Shown: in pieces, positions 38,078-50,703 of the stretch | How the letters are laid out: the number at the start of each line of letters is the position of its first letter | How positions within the stretch are numbered: position 1 is the first letter of the stretch | Assembly (NCBI GenBank): GCA_002189035.1 | Contig: NEEC01000007.1 | Location: 2,418,001-2,482,000 of the forward strand | Source of the DNA: Utricularia gibba | Lineage: Eukaryota; Plantae; Magnoliophyta | Reading direction: 5' to 3' | DNA length: 64,000 bases | Made by a program: the position numbers and the translations under genes | Notes under the pieces: model-generated | The model's input: the letters and a program-made list of their open reading frames with translations, nothing else | Told to the model about the DNA's origin: nothing | Databases searched by the model: none

Positions 38078-39830
38078 TTATGAGTATATGCTGTAAATTT
38101 GAAATTGAGCTTCAAATCATATAGAATATAATCAATTTTGAGATTGTAAAACTCTTTTTTATTATATTATAAAATTTAATAAAATAAAATATCTATTATA
38201 TAAATTAATATATTACATTATTGTAAAAATTAATAGCATTATATAATGTATTATTCAAGTATATAAAAATTAAATATTATAATTTTTTAAATTAATATCT
38301 TCTTTATCATTAAAACATATATTCATAAACTCAATAATTTCTAAAAAAAATTACAAGATATGAATTTCAGATTTTAATATAAAATAATTAAACATTAAAA
38401 TATTCAAAAATTAAATAAAATCACTTCAAGAAATTATTAAAACAAAACAATCTTTATGTGTACCTTAGTTCACCATTTGGATTCAAATCCAATCTAATGA
38501 ACACAAGTTTATATCATTGTTTTAAAACACATGTGCCAACTCATTCTTCACTTCAATAATGTACTTATATTGATTTGTATAAGATGTTTAATCATCTTAA
38601 TTAATTTTCAATTATGTTCATTATAAAATATAAATTAAAAGAATAAAAATATATCCAGTATCTAATTTTTTATTAAAGTGGTTGGACTCAATCATTTAAT
38701 ATCAAATTAAATTCATGATTTTAAAAGTACAATTAATAATGCAGTTGGTACATGTACGAATGGTGACACAGAAGTGGTGTTAGTAGTCACTAGTCAGCGC
38801 CAATAGATTTCTTTGATTTGTGAAAATTGAAATATGAGTTTCATTGTTTGATTCCCGTGGTGCACGTTCTTCCGTTACTTGATGCCGGAGACATTCATCG
38901 GAAAAAGGAGGAGCACCGGAAATTGTTGCCGGTTATCCCTCCCCGATGCTTGAGAAAGGGGGCAGATAACACGATAAAGCTAACGCACTTTCTTTTTCTT
39001 TTGAGCTTTCGATATCCAATTGGTCAACTATTGAAAGATAGTCGGGATTCGAATCCCTTCTGAACCTTCTCTGATATAGCGAGCGCATCGTCCCAATGGC
39101 TGAAGAAAGAGATTCAAAAGGGCGCATTATTATCCTGAGGAAAGCTCTCTCACTGTGATAGGTTAGCCCGGATTCTCAATCGTTCGACATCCAATAGCAG
39201 CCATCTCGATGTCAAGGATGGCAGAGACTGGCTGAAAGAGACGGTGGGGTGCCCTCGGAATCAAAATTTTTCTGTATCTACCCCAGTTATCTGCCAATGA
39301 ATATAAAATTCAAATCCGCCTGGTTTGGGAATACCGGGAATGAAGCGTGAAACGTTGGGAGAAGGAGATCCGTGGGCCGAACGTCAGCTCGGCTTGGAGC
39401 CACCCAATGCCAGCTCTCTTCAATACACAGGTTTCCTCAAGTACCTCGGAACTCTGCAATTATCCTTGGGCCATGGCGTAACATGGTCTTACTCCCCTTT
39501 TCCGTTTCAATCCTTCCGCGTCAGATCTAATGGTTGTTGCGCTTGCTGCTGTGTCTGATCATCGGAACCTTTTACTTGAAGGGTTATGCCATTCTCTCTG
39601 AGAGTAGAACTTTCTATTTCTGTGGTTTTACTTCTCTTCTTGCACGAGGAGATTTGGAGTGTTTAGATGAGATTCATGTCTTTACACCAATTAACGAAGG
39701 GGTTCTTCCAGTTGCGGTTCTTGATAATCTGGGCGTGAAGTGGGTGGTGTTTCACTGATTTTTGTTTGATTTTGTAGGCTCAACCAAACTTCTTTGAATT
39801 GTGTTGAATAGCAGCAAATCCAATCGAGAA

Positions 39831-41217
39831 ATGTACGGCTTCAAGCTACTGGATGAGGAAGATGAGAAGAAGCAACAGAAACCTGCTTGGACTGCTCACT
39901 GGATGAAACCCAAAGGTGCGTAATTCACCAAATTCTGGTCTACTTTTCGTATGCTTCGTGGAGTTTCGAACGGGTTGAGTGGTATATCAGCAGATGGTTT
40001 GGACGCTGGGGAGCAGATCAGGACCCCATTCGCATTCGAAGCTGGTGATAGTTCTCGATCTGTTTCCAGAAATGTGCCAGAGGAAGCCACCCCCCTGCTG
40101 CTTGAGCATGATGTATCTTCGGACACTACAACTGTTCAGCAATTGCAGAATTACCCTAATGATTTGGAAATCAGGGTAATGGATAGCGTAGAAGAAATTG
40201 AGTCAGGTTGTAACGAAATCCCTCACACAACTCATAGGCATAGCCTGTTAGTGAAAAATGGCGTTCAATTCAACCCGTTGCAAGAAAATAGCAGGTTTGG
40301 GGCTCGGAGGGGAGTTAGAGTAGGAGGGGTGGAGCTTCATTCCCTAACTTCTTCAGCAGATAGTAAGCATGGAAATGAAGAAGACCCTGGGAGTAGAAAA
40401 TCAACACAAACTGTGACCCTGGAGAACACTCCCAAACAAGGTGACAGATCGACTGTACCCTGCGGTTGTGGTTTTTATTGATTGATGAGGCAATTTGTTT
40501 GTTTATTGGGGAACTTTTCTGGGAGTGTTTGCAATGTACGTAATCTAAAGAGCTCTTTAGTTCTGCAGGTGCATCTCTAACCGAATCATTTAAGGTAAGG
40601 TGATCTTTTTCTGGTGCTTCATTTCAATCTCAGCTCTGTTCCCTGTAAAAGATACAGAATGCTGAATCTTAGCTGGTTTTCTGAGGATTCATTGCACAAT
40701 ACATCGTGTAGGACATCAATCTGGATTTGAATTTGCCCCTCAAGGTCGATGATGCCTCATGTTCTGCAGAGGAAGGGCCACCTGAATTCCTTCCAGAATC
40801 AACTTCAAACTACACCTGCAACGCAAGCTCCATATGCACAGAAGAAGCAGAGAACAGATGGAGTAAACGACTTAAGCTGAACCCACCCCCTGCACAAGGT
40901 ACAAACATGTGAACCGACAGTCATATGAATGATGGCTTTAGCGTGTTCTTATAAAACGTGGGAGTCCGACATTTTCAGGAAAGAAGCAAGTGGACATGTG
41001 CCCAACACAGAACAAGGGAAACGACTCGTTGCTGTCAAATCCCTGGATTCGAAGATGGCTGCGGAACAAGCCCTCCATCAACATGAAGATCATCCAAAAT
41101 AGTCGTCTCCGTAGGATTGTTGCAACCGCACTGACGGGAAAGGTCATGCTCAACTTCAAACCATGTGCCCTCCAGCAGAAAGGCTTCATCACATTGTGGC
41201 ATGCAAGCGCTTTCTGA
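39831..41217 (+). CDS. Uncharacterised multi-exon plant protein, tentatively PCH1/At2g16365-like
   Basis: Spliced model MYGFKLL...KPAWTAHWMKPK|ADGLD...|...DINLDLNLP...NRWSKRLKL...Q|GKKQ...LSNPWIRRW...IVATALTGKVMLNFKPCALQQKGFITLW. The motifs resemble my recollection of PCH1-like proteins, and the adjacency to an SFH gene fits. Internal splice sites are only partly resolved. Confidence 0.5.
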
Positions 41218-41676
41218 AGGCCACTCGCTGTATGTTTTTGTTTATTTTGGCCAGACTTCGTTTGCCTTGATGCCTTTGTGTAATGTGGACAGCCATCTGC
41301 TTTCACCAATAACAGCTTTTGCATTGCGTTGTCAGAAGCCATTGCTGCGGCAAATAGGCATTCCATTTCGACAACGAGGGAGGCAGTTGAATTTCATGCA
41401 ACATTAGGGTAACATTTTTCTTGTTTTGGAGTACATAATTGAAATAGCCGAAGCCCAGAACAACAAACGGGTATAATTTCATTGTATATCGAGGAATGCA
41501 CCCAAGGCCGTGATCCTCTCGGCTTTGACAGGTGCACAAACCACACAAGACTCGTAGCATATGCCCAATTTACATGTATCTATCTGTGTGACCAAGAAGA
41601 GATACCACAGGGAATTTACACTCACCGAAGCACACCAAACAAACGATCTTCAGCCAAAGCCGAGCATTTCCTCATT

Positions 41677-44600
41677 TTAGAAGCAGAACTTCCTTTTCTG
41701 GTTAAAGAAACAGAAGACCGTCAGCAGGCGTGGTAGATAAGCAGTTGCATTGGAGGAGTGAAAATTTAGAGCATATGAACTTCACTTACGTGGAACCTTG
41801 CGTCTTGTTCTCTGTCTATGTAAGCCAGAAGCTCTTCCTGTTTGATTAGAGCCTCATAAAGAGCCTGAAAAGAGAATTCTTGGTGAGGTACACGGGCATT
41901 GGGACTGGAACAAAGGCAACCACAGATAGTGACTTCGGCAGGCCATGAGAAGCAATAAGGTTGGGAGATACCTTCTTGGTTGCAATCAGCTCTGCTTCAA
42001 GAGCTTCAACACGGTAAACAGCAGCATTCAGGAGTTCTTCCTTCTCAAATGGCATCTCAGACGGCTTCGCCTGAAGATGATTGACTTTCAACTCGAGCTC
42101 TGTCAGCCGCTTATTGACACAAGACAAGAGATCTGCTTCTACAGGAGATACAGAAGGGGGCGGTTGCCTGCATCCCATTTTCTGAGTTACATCAAAAGAG
42201 AACTCCACGGTGGTTTGGTCACTCTGTGATGGCACAAAGGTATTTTTACGGACAAGGATGGATGACAGCAAGCGGAAAAACGAGGAAAACATCATGAAGA
42301 ATGCCATAAGTGCAGCCAACAATCGAACATAAAGCCCTTCAGTAGCTTTCCGAGGCTCAGGTGGCAGAAGCATTTCTGTAATAACAGAAGGCAGATTCTT
42401 TATCAAGGGCACTCCGCTCTTTCTGTCATGCGTAGATAGAGCTATGGAATTTCCAGATGGTAGAAGCTAACCTTTAGAATCATAAACTGTCGTAGGAGGT
42501 GTTTGTTTATTGAATCCGGAATCAACGGCCTTGTCAACCATCGGAACATACTCCTGATATCCATATGCGGAAACTCCAATACCCTTGGTCTAGTAAACAT
42601 GTACAAATAACACCTTAGTAATTCAAATAACATTACAGCAAAAGGATTAACTATTTAAGTTATGAAAAGCTAAGGCATACCTCCTCTCGGACAGGAGTTA
42701 AACGAAGGACTGGGTTCATCGATGAAGCTTTAGGCGAAGAAATATCCTCAGCTTCAGACCCAGATTCCGCTGTGGAAGTGTCACTGCCTTTCACCTAAGC
42801 CAGGGGTGGTAAAAAAAGTTAGATGCATTGACCTCTGTTATCGGTGTTCCAAGTGTAAGTTACATGGATAGAGAATCCATACTCTGGGGTTACGAGGTTT
42901 GGCATATACCACCTTTCCTTCACTATTTATGATTTTAAGAGCCTGCCTTCCACACCTCGCTTCCCCATTGAGTATCATCTGTAATCACCGGTCAAATTTT
43001 TCAGTGACCGACTAAAACATGTTAGAGTGAAAATTAACTGTTAGGCAAGTAAATAATAATGTCACATCCAGACCTTGAGAATCTCAGGATTCTTCCATGG
43101 ACCTTTATCGGAGCGCAGACAGCCCCCTTGATCGGCACAGGTGCATGTCCCACCTAAAAAATCAGGTAGCTGACTGCAGAACACAAGGTATATGAACATT
43201 GCTGAAGTTACTTCAAAAAAAAAAAAAAAAAAAAAAAAAAAGCAGCAAGAGATACTATGAACAGGCGCACGTCCCCCTTCCCTTACCTCGCGTCCACAAT
43301 TTCAAGCAGCCTATTCTGAAATTTGGTTCCAAGAACCTGCAATGGGTTGAAATAAGCAAGAGCTCTCTTACTGAATTGCTCATTCAATCGCAATTCACAA
43401 TCAGCCAAGAGATGCTTTTCCAAAATAAAATTTGACGACCCAGAAACGTACATGAATCTTTGTTGCCGTTTTTGGATCTATGAAGCTCTTTACGGAATTC
43501 CAAAGTAGCCGAAAACCAGGGCCAGCATTGACAATAAACATTTGATGCAACGTCTGTCTCAAAGAGAAACAAAGGTGAACAAGAGGTCAAACGAACCCCA
43601 ATACTTATTTTTGAAATTGCACAGTAAAAATCCATCAGTACCTCAGGATAATTATCACCATCGATCTTCTGGAGTTTTGTCATGAGGTCTCTTGCATTTT
43701 TTGTAAAGTTTTTCAAACCCTGAACATACAGTACAAGAACAAAAATTCAGTTGCAAACATAAGCAAAATGGCGAGGATGAAATTATTACTAATTAAACTA
43801 TCACCAAAGATGTATGTTGCGCACATACCACACCATGGACATCCAGAATTGTGGTGCTTGAATCAATATGACGTTTTGCAACAATGGTGCAAGCTGGGAA
43901 CTTGATTTCAAAGCTTCTCTCAAATTCCTTCACATGGTACTTTATGTAGCGGTCCATGGTCGTAACTTGCAGCAGTTTATTTGGGTCAACTTTCCCAAGT
44001 CGCTCAATATATAAAGGTCTTCCTTCCTTGTCAGTTCCATGATAACCATGGGGGTAGTACTTCATCACTTCATCAATCTCTGTGTAGTCAAAATCCTGAT
44101 ACCAGAGAATAAACACTTGAAATAAAAAATGATAGCCAAGAAATATCTTTCCAATTATGTCAAAAAATGATAGGTTTAATTGCCTCCGTCAGACTGTCGA
44201 CACAAAAATCCTTCCTCCATTGGAGCATATCAGCCCACATGTGCTTTGCTTTTTCAATATCAAACTTCCTCGCCTTCAAGAACCTACACGTCAATTTATA
44301 TCCATCATACACACCCGGACAGGGAAAAAGAAAAACACAAGTTCCAATTTATGTCACAAAGAATGGGAAAACCAACCTCAGCATTGTGTGGTAATCGTCA
44401 AACTTTTCTGGCAGCAAGCGATCCATCTCCAAGCTTTGTCGAAATGATTCAACTGCTTGTAGTTCCTCCGCATCTCGTATATCTTCAATCGAAACAGAAC
44501 TAGCTCTTACGTCACTCTTTCTTCTACTGCCTTTTTTCTTGAGAGAATGTCTGAACTTGGAAGACGCATTCAGAGCCTTCTTTTTAAGAGATCCAATTCT

Positions 44601-45041
44601 CGTTTTCCTTTCATCCTCAGAATTCTCGAAATCGGATTTTCGGTCTCTTCTCTCATCATGCCCACATGCACCATCAAAGCCTGTTCACCAAAACAGAGAT
44701 CAATCAATACAAGTACAAAATCAAAATGAAAGGGAAACACCACGGTGTGCAACCCCTCAAAATTTTAACGCACCACACATGAAAAGGGACAGGAAGAAAA
44801 ATTCCCAACAATCCTTCTTCTTCTGAAGAAAAAAAAACCAAGTATCCAAGGCAAGTGTAAAGTTGAACCGTAGAAAGAAAATCCAGATGGGCCTTGCTCC
44901 TCAAATACAAAAAACTAAACCAAGCACCAAATCGCTTCCAACTAAATTACGGAAAAAGAAAAAAAACACACACACACAACACACGCACAAAATCAAGAAT
45001 CGCTTACAAGGTCGAGCGAATCGATCCAAGGGACCTGACAT
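41677..45041 (-). CDS. SFH: SEC14-like phosphatidylinositol transfer protein with C-terminal Nlj16/nodulin domain (SFH family), multi-exon
   Basis: [11 protein letters not shown]|...[124 protein letters not shown], terminal KRKFCF*. Confidence 0.95.
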
Positions 45042-46541
45042 CTCGAGTTTGCTACCTATCACCCCACAGTAAATTATGTATATACTGTGAGCTGGTTTAG
45101 GATCCCCTCACCAGCCAATCTTGCCTAATTTGAGCTGAGCTTCACGGAATCTCAAAAGGCCCGCGATCCGAGAGATGATCGCAGGTCAGAAATCCCGGAA
45201 ACGAGGAACCCACGGCACAAAGTGGTGAAAAAGGAGATCAAACCCACCTACGGAACACCAAATGCGGCTTCTCAATTATTATATCGGAGAAGAAACGATA
45301 AGGGGAAATGGTAGGCGATTCAGGCGCACGATCGTGTTAGAAGCGCGTGAGCTCAAACAGCACCAATCTCACGTTGCCATAAGGAATCTTGCTTTATTTT
45401 AAATAATTAACCACTTTTATAAATTATTTGCAGTTCAAATAGTCAAACGTCCTTTTTTTCAAATTCTTTAGTACAAAAAACATCAAAATTATGATTAAAT
45501 TATAATTGAATTAAGTAATTTTTAATTTTTTTTAATTTAGTAAAATAAAACATTATAAAACTGCAAATTCCTAATTTATTATCATATGCTTTTTTCCAAA
45601 CTTGATTCTCTATTGTTGGTGTTTTTCTAAAGGTATATATGCTTTGGAATTTTCAAAAAAGAAAAAGTTAGGGTTGGCGTTTGTCTTCAATTTGGTGTTG
45701 ACTATGAAAATAACTATCATGAGTATATAACATACTATATGGGTAAAATATGATTTTTGTATATATAATTAATGCTACAAATTTCACAGTACAATGATAT
45801 TCATTATTTTGTAATATTTGAAGAAAATTGCCTAAAAAATTCGCAAATTTTCCGTTTATAATAAATGACACAATTGGTGCTCATTCATAACTGATTCTTG
45901 TGATTTTATTTAACTGTAAAATTAGTCCTTACAATTTAATATATTTGACACAATAGGAGGTAATTAAAGTGATACACTAAAATATGTTTGATATATGAAT
46001 AAATTATATTAGAAATAAAAAGATATATATAATAAGGGGACATATGACAGTATAATTTTATTTCAATCCCTCCTCTTCTATTATTTTATCTTATATTCAT
46101 GTTAATTATCCTAAGTATAATTTATCTCATCTATCAAACATACTATTTTTCTTTTCCCATTTAATTATTTTTATTTATACTTACTACCAAACACACTCTA
46201 TTTAGTATTTATAATGTTTAACTAATAGGTTATTATCTTCAACTGTATAAATAGTATTTGCAACTTATGTATAAATAGTTCCCACTATTTTTTGAGGACT
46301 AATTTTGTCAAATGTATAAATAAATAAAGAGTAACTATACGAATTGTTTTAGAGAATGGTAACCATTTATGCCAAATTTTTTATGTGAATAGTATGTATG
46401 AAATTTTTAGAAATTAATTGTGTTAATTTATAAAATAATATGAACCAATTGCATCATTATTTTGCAATGGTAGGAATTAATTATATCAAATCTTTAAAGA
46501 TCAATTGTGTCAATTTATAAACAGTATATATAAATAGTAAT

Positions 46542-47040
46542 TGATACGACCCTTCAATCAACAAGTGATTGGCAAACCAGATCTTGGTTGAAAGAATCAA
46601 TACTTCAAGAAAAAGAAGTTGGACCTCAAGGATTGAAAGATCCTTACAATCCAAACTATGAAATGGTACCACATTCACAGAATTAAGGAAGGAATTGGGA
46701 TTGATAACCACACACTAGACACCACAAGCAAGACTTGATAAATCTAAGTTCTACAATAACTCAAGGAAGGAGAATAACTCTCAAAAGTGATTACAATCAA
46801 AGTTGTCCAAAACATGAGTAAGGACTTCTTAAATAGATGAAGGATTAGGCCTTATTAGAGTAAAAGTAGTAATAATAATGTATTTGGTAGTAATGGATCT
46901 TCTCTAATCAAGTTAATGCACTTTGAGAATGTTAAATTCCATGCCCAACACCTCATAGCTTGATTGATTGGCTCATAAGCTCTTAAACACTTCTTGATTC
47001 CTTCTTGCTCTTGATCTAGTAATTGACCCAACTGAAATCA
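46542..47040 (-). mobile_element. Probable solo LTR (about 500 bp)
   Basis: TGAT...ATCA inverted termini (tgatacgacc...aactgaaatca), LTR-like composition distinct from the AT-rich flanks, CTATTTAA promoter-like motif on the minus strand. No matching TSD. Confidence 0.5.
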
Positions 47041-47435
47041 ATAGAGTATTATTGATCTTGTGACATTTATCTTCATTGGGATAATCTATAGCATCCATGA
47101 TCTCATCCGATAGGGACTAATATTGCAAAACCACTAAAGTGTAGGGATTAATGGCGACACATGCTCTTACTATTTGTATAATAATGTAATTTGAGAAACA
47201 GATATTGTGATTGGATTAACGGGAAAATTAATCATTTTTATTAAAAGAAATTCTGGCTTGCCGACATATCCTCAATGCCACGTTGTCGTGGTCTGTGGGC
47301 TCCATTTGCTTCACCGGGTTCCGGAATCCGGACGGCTTGCGTTCGAATTTCGAAAGCGCCTCGCACTTCTCGTTCACGTTCAAGGGCCTCTGTTTTCCTT
47401 CCCTGAAGTTTCCGATGAACGGGCAATTGCTTCAG

Positions 47436-49879
47436 ATGATCTCCAATTCCTGCCTTACTGTGAGTCTACGCAGCGATCGTTCACCTCCGATTTCGCTGCA
47501 TTCCTCCGTCGCCAATCGCGCTCCCTGTGCCCTAGGATTCTCATCCGTGCAATCGTCTTCAAGTCCTATGGCTTCTCTTGGCTGTTCGGTTTCCATCGGC
47601 ATTGGCGGGAGCAACAGTCCTGTCGTGGCTGAATTGCATGATTGTGATTTCGATAAGTTTGTCGAATTGGGAAACGAGCTTGCAGACGCATCTGGCTTCG
47701 TCATTCGCCAGTACTTCCGGAGGAGTTTCAGTGTGAAGGACAAGGAGGATTTGAGTGAGTTTCTGTCATTGGTTGTTTTCTTTGGGTTTTTGTTATTCAT
47801 TGTTTGTTGACTTTTAGTTGAATTTAGGTCCCGTGACCATTGCTGATCAGGAAGCTGAGGCGGCGATGGTGAGGATTATACAGGAGCATTTCCCGCATCA
47901 TGCCATGTGAGTGTACTTCCATTAGTTTACCTTCTTTACTCTTGCAATGAGTTTTTCTGGAAACTTCTCCTCACATCATTCTCTGTAATTTAGAAATGCT
48001 TCTGGACTTTTACCTTTGTGCTTGATGGGTGCTCATGAGGTTTCTCTTCTATTTGTGTTGATTTTTTATGCATGAAGTACGTTAGAATACATATAATTAG
48101 TTTTCTGTAACACTATCCCACGATCTGAGTTCTAGTTACGGAGAAGAGGAAGGATGGAGATGTAAGGATGAAGTTGCTGACTTTGTTTGGGTGCTGGATC
48201 CGATAGACGGCACCAAAAGTTTTATAACCGGTACATGTTTGATCGTAGAATGGTTTTGTATTAGCACGTGAATTTATAATCATTGTTTCCAGGTAAACCT
48301 TTGTTTGGAACATTAATTGCTCTCCTTCATAAGGGTGAGCCGGTGAGAATTCCTCCTTTTACTCTACAGAGCACGATACAATGTAGCCATTCCATGCTGT
48401 GTTTTTATTGCATCAAATATGTCTGAAGCCAAAGGCTTCCTTTGTTCTTCTGCTTGTGCAGATTCTTGGCATTATTGATCAACCTGTTCTTAGAGAAAGA
48501 TGGATTGGTGTGCGGGATAGGAGAACTATATTTAATGGACAAGAAATTAATACAAGGGACTGTCCTCAACTGTCAAAGGCCTACCTGTATATTTCTCACT
48601 TTCTTATAAATGATACCTCTTATCTGTTCTAAATTGTTTGTTAACATTACTCTTTACGTCGTCTTGGTGTAGTTCAGTTACACTACTAGCCCACATTTAT
48701 TTAGTGGTGATGCTGAAACAGCCTTCTCAAGAGTAAGATGTAAGGTATTTGTTCTTGACGGTAATACTGTAAGGTGTGTCAATTCCGTAAGCTCATTCAG
48801 GTCGGCTACACTCTTAAAATGATAGTAATGAGTAGATGGCATGAAGATCAACTACACTCTTATCCTGCATCTAATAAATGCACTGTGGTGTTTAGTGGAA
48901 AATTTGCAACCTACTTTATCAAAGTAAAAGTTTTCTGAATGGAGTGCCTGTATGTGCCTCGAGGTTTTAAAATGTTTTTTTTTACTTACAGGTGAAAGTT
49001 CCACTCTATGGCTGCGATTGCTATGCCTATGGACTCCTAGCATTGGGTCATGTTGATCTTGTGGTTGAGTCTGGCCTCAAGGTTCGAATTTATATTTTGT
49101 GATGACGTTCTTTTGGGTTTTCTTTGTGATGTCCGCCAGCGTTGATAGGGGTGTAGGGTTGGCTTCATCCATTTACATTTTATGTAGGCGCTAATATAGG
49201 GAAAGAAAACTTTTACCACTAGATTAAGGGTGATCATACTTTTTCTTAGTCATGTTATTATCCTACTAACTAGGTCTTTAGTTCATTGACATTAGGCCTG
49301 CTGGATGCGTTGCAGAAAAAGTGATACAAGATTTGATTTTCATCTAAATTCATATTGTCGGCTACTTTGTTTTGATGTTAGCTCCATTCATTGCGTTACT
49401 TGAAAGTACTAAATTTCATTTATGTTATGCATTGTTACTTTTTCAGCGCTTGCTTGAATGAATCTCTTTTCTTGTTTTTTATTCTTCTCAAAATCAGGGT
49501 CCAGCTTAACTTCCAATTCTGATTTGATCAATATTTTTCCAGTATCACAAAGCCATTTGAGTACACCCATCGCTGCTATGATCTTTACCTGATGTTAGAG
49601 TGTGTTTGCAGCCATACGACTTCCTTGCACTGATACCTGTGATAGAAGGCGCTGGTGGACTTATCACTGACTGGAATGGCAAGGCCCTCTCCTGGGAGCC
49701 TTCTGCAAACAAGCAGGCTTCCAGTACGACTGTCTCCCCTAAACCCTCTCTGTTCATGTGATTATCAATCCAAGAGATAAAGGGGCATTTTCATCTCTCT
49801 CTTGGCAGGTTTCAACGTATTGGCAGCTGGGGACAGGAAAGTCCATGGAGAGGCTGTTGACGTGCTCCAGTGGCACTGA
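47436..49879 (+). CDS. HISN7: Histidinol-phosphate phosphatase / inositol monophosphatase-like 2, plastid-targeted, multi-exon
   Basis: Ser-rich transit peptide, then ELADASGFVIRQYFR, SPVTIADQEAE, YGEERGWRCK...[64 protein letters not shown], ...LQWH*. The start may alternatively be 47415. Confidence 0.95.
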
Positions 49880-50472
49880 GTGTAACTTGCACATCCAGCT
49901 CATTTTTAAACCTCTGGACCTAACTTTCTGGAAATAATTGACCTTCATTACTTGATCACCTATGAAGTGAATTGAATGGCCTGAAGATGACTCACACTCT
50001 GGTACGCCAGTTAAAATGAACCCCTTGCTTTGCATGTATGAGACTCTATGAAGGTAGATGAAGCATGTTTGTGTCTTGAGGAGGGGTTGGACGACTGATT
50101 CAGATTTCGACCGTAGGCTTTGTTGATTTTACTAGTGATCAAACGCAACGGCTGGTAGCTTTCAGGGAGGATCACTCATTCAATTCCTGTTTTGGCATGA
50201 AGTTGTGGAAAGAGTCCTAGGTGATGTGGGCACCATGAAGATTTGGTGGATCAATCATTCAATTCCGGTTCTGTTGTAAGCATCCCTCACGTGCATGATT
50301 ATAAACGAGGGGTGCCAACTAAGTACATCAAATTTTGGAGAGGAGCTGGACAGCGCCTTGTTTTTGAAAAGTGTATGAGGTGGTCGTTGTGTTTATCCTC
50401 ACGGTCATTAGCCCCTACCCTGTGATTTGACCTTTAAAGGAAAACCATCTACGCCCAAAATATCCATCTCCG

Positions 50473-50703
50473 CGGAAAGCCACCGAAATACTTCGCTGAT
50501 TTCCTCTCCGACACGGTGCGTGGCCTCCAGATCATAGGCGGGAGCGGAAGGTTCAGTGCGGCGGCTACTGCCGGAGAAGAATCGACCGGAGCAAAAGGCA
50601 TTTATATGCAAAATATATATAAAAATGGCGTTACCTATTTGCCCCGAGGATTGAGGAATTTACATTCTTAGATTCCGGAAAGCCACCGAAATACTTCGCT
50701 GAT
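50473..50703. repeat. 28-bp exact direct repeat pair, 175 bp apart
   Basis: cggaaagccaccgaaatacttcgctgat at 50473-50500 and 50676-50703. Confidence 0.95.
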
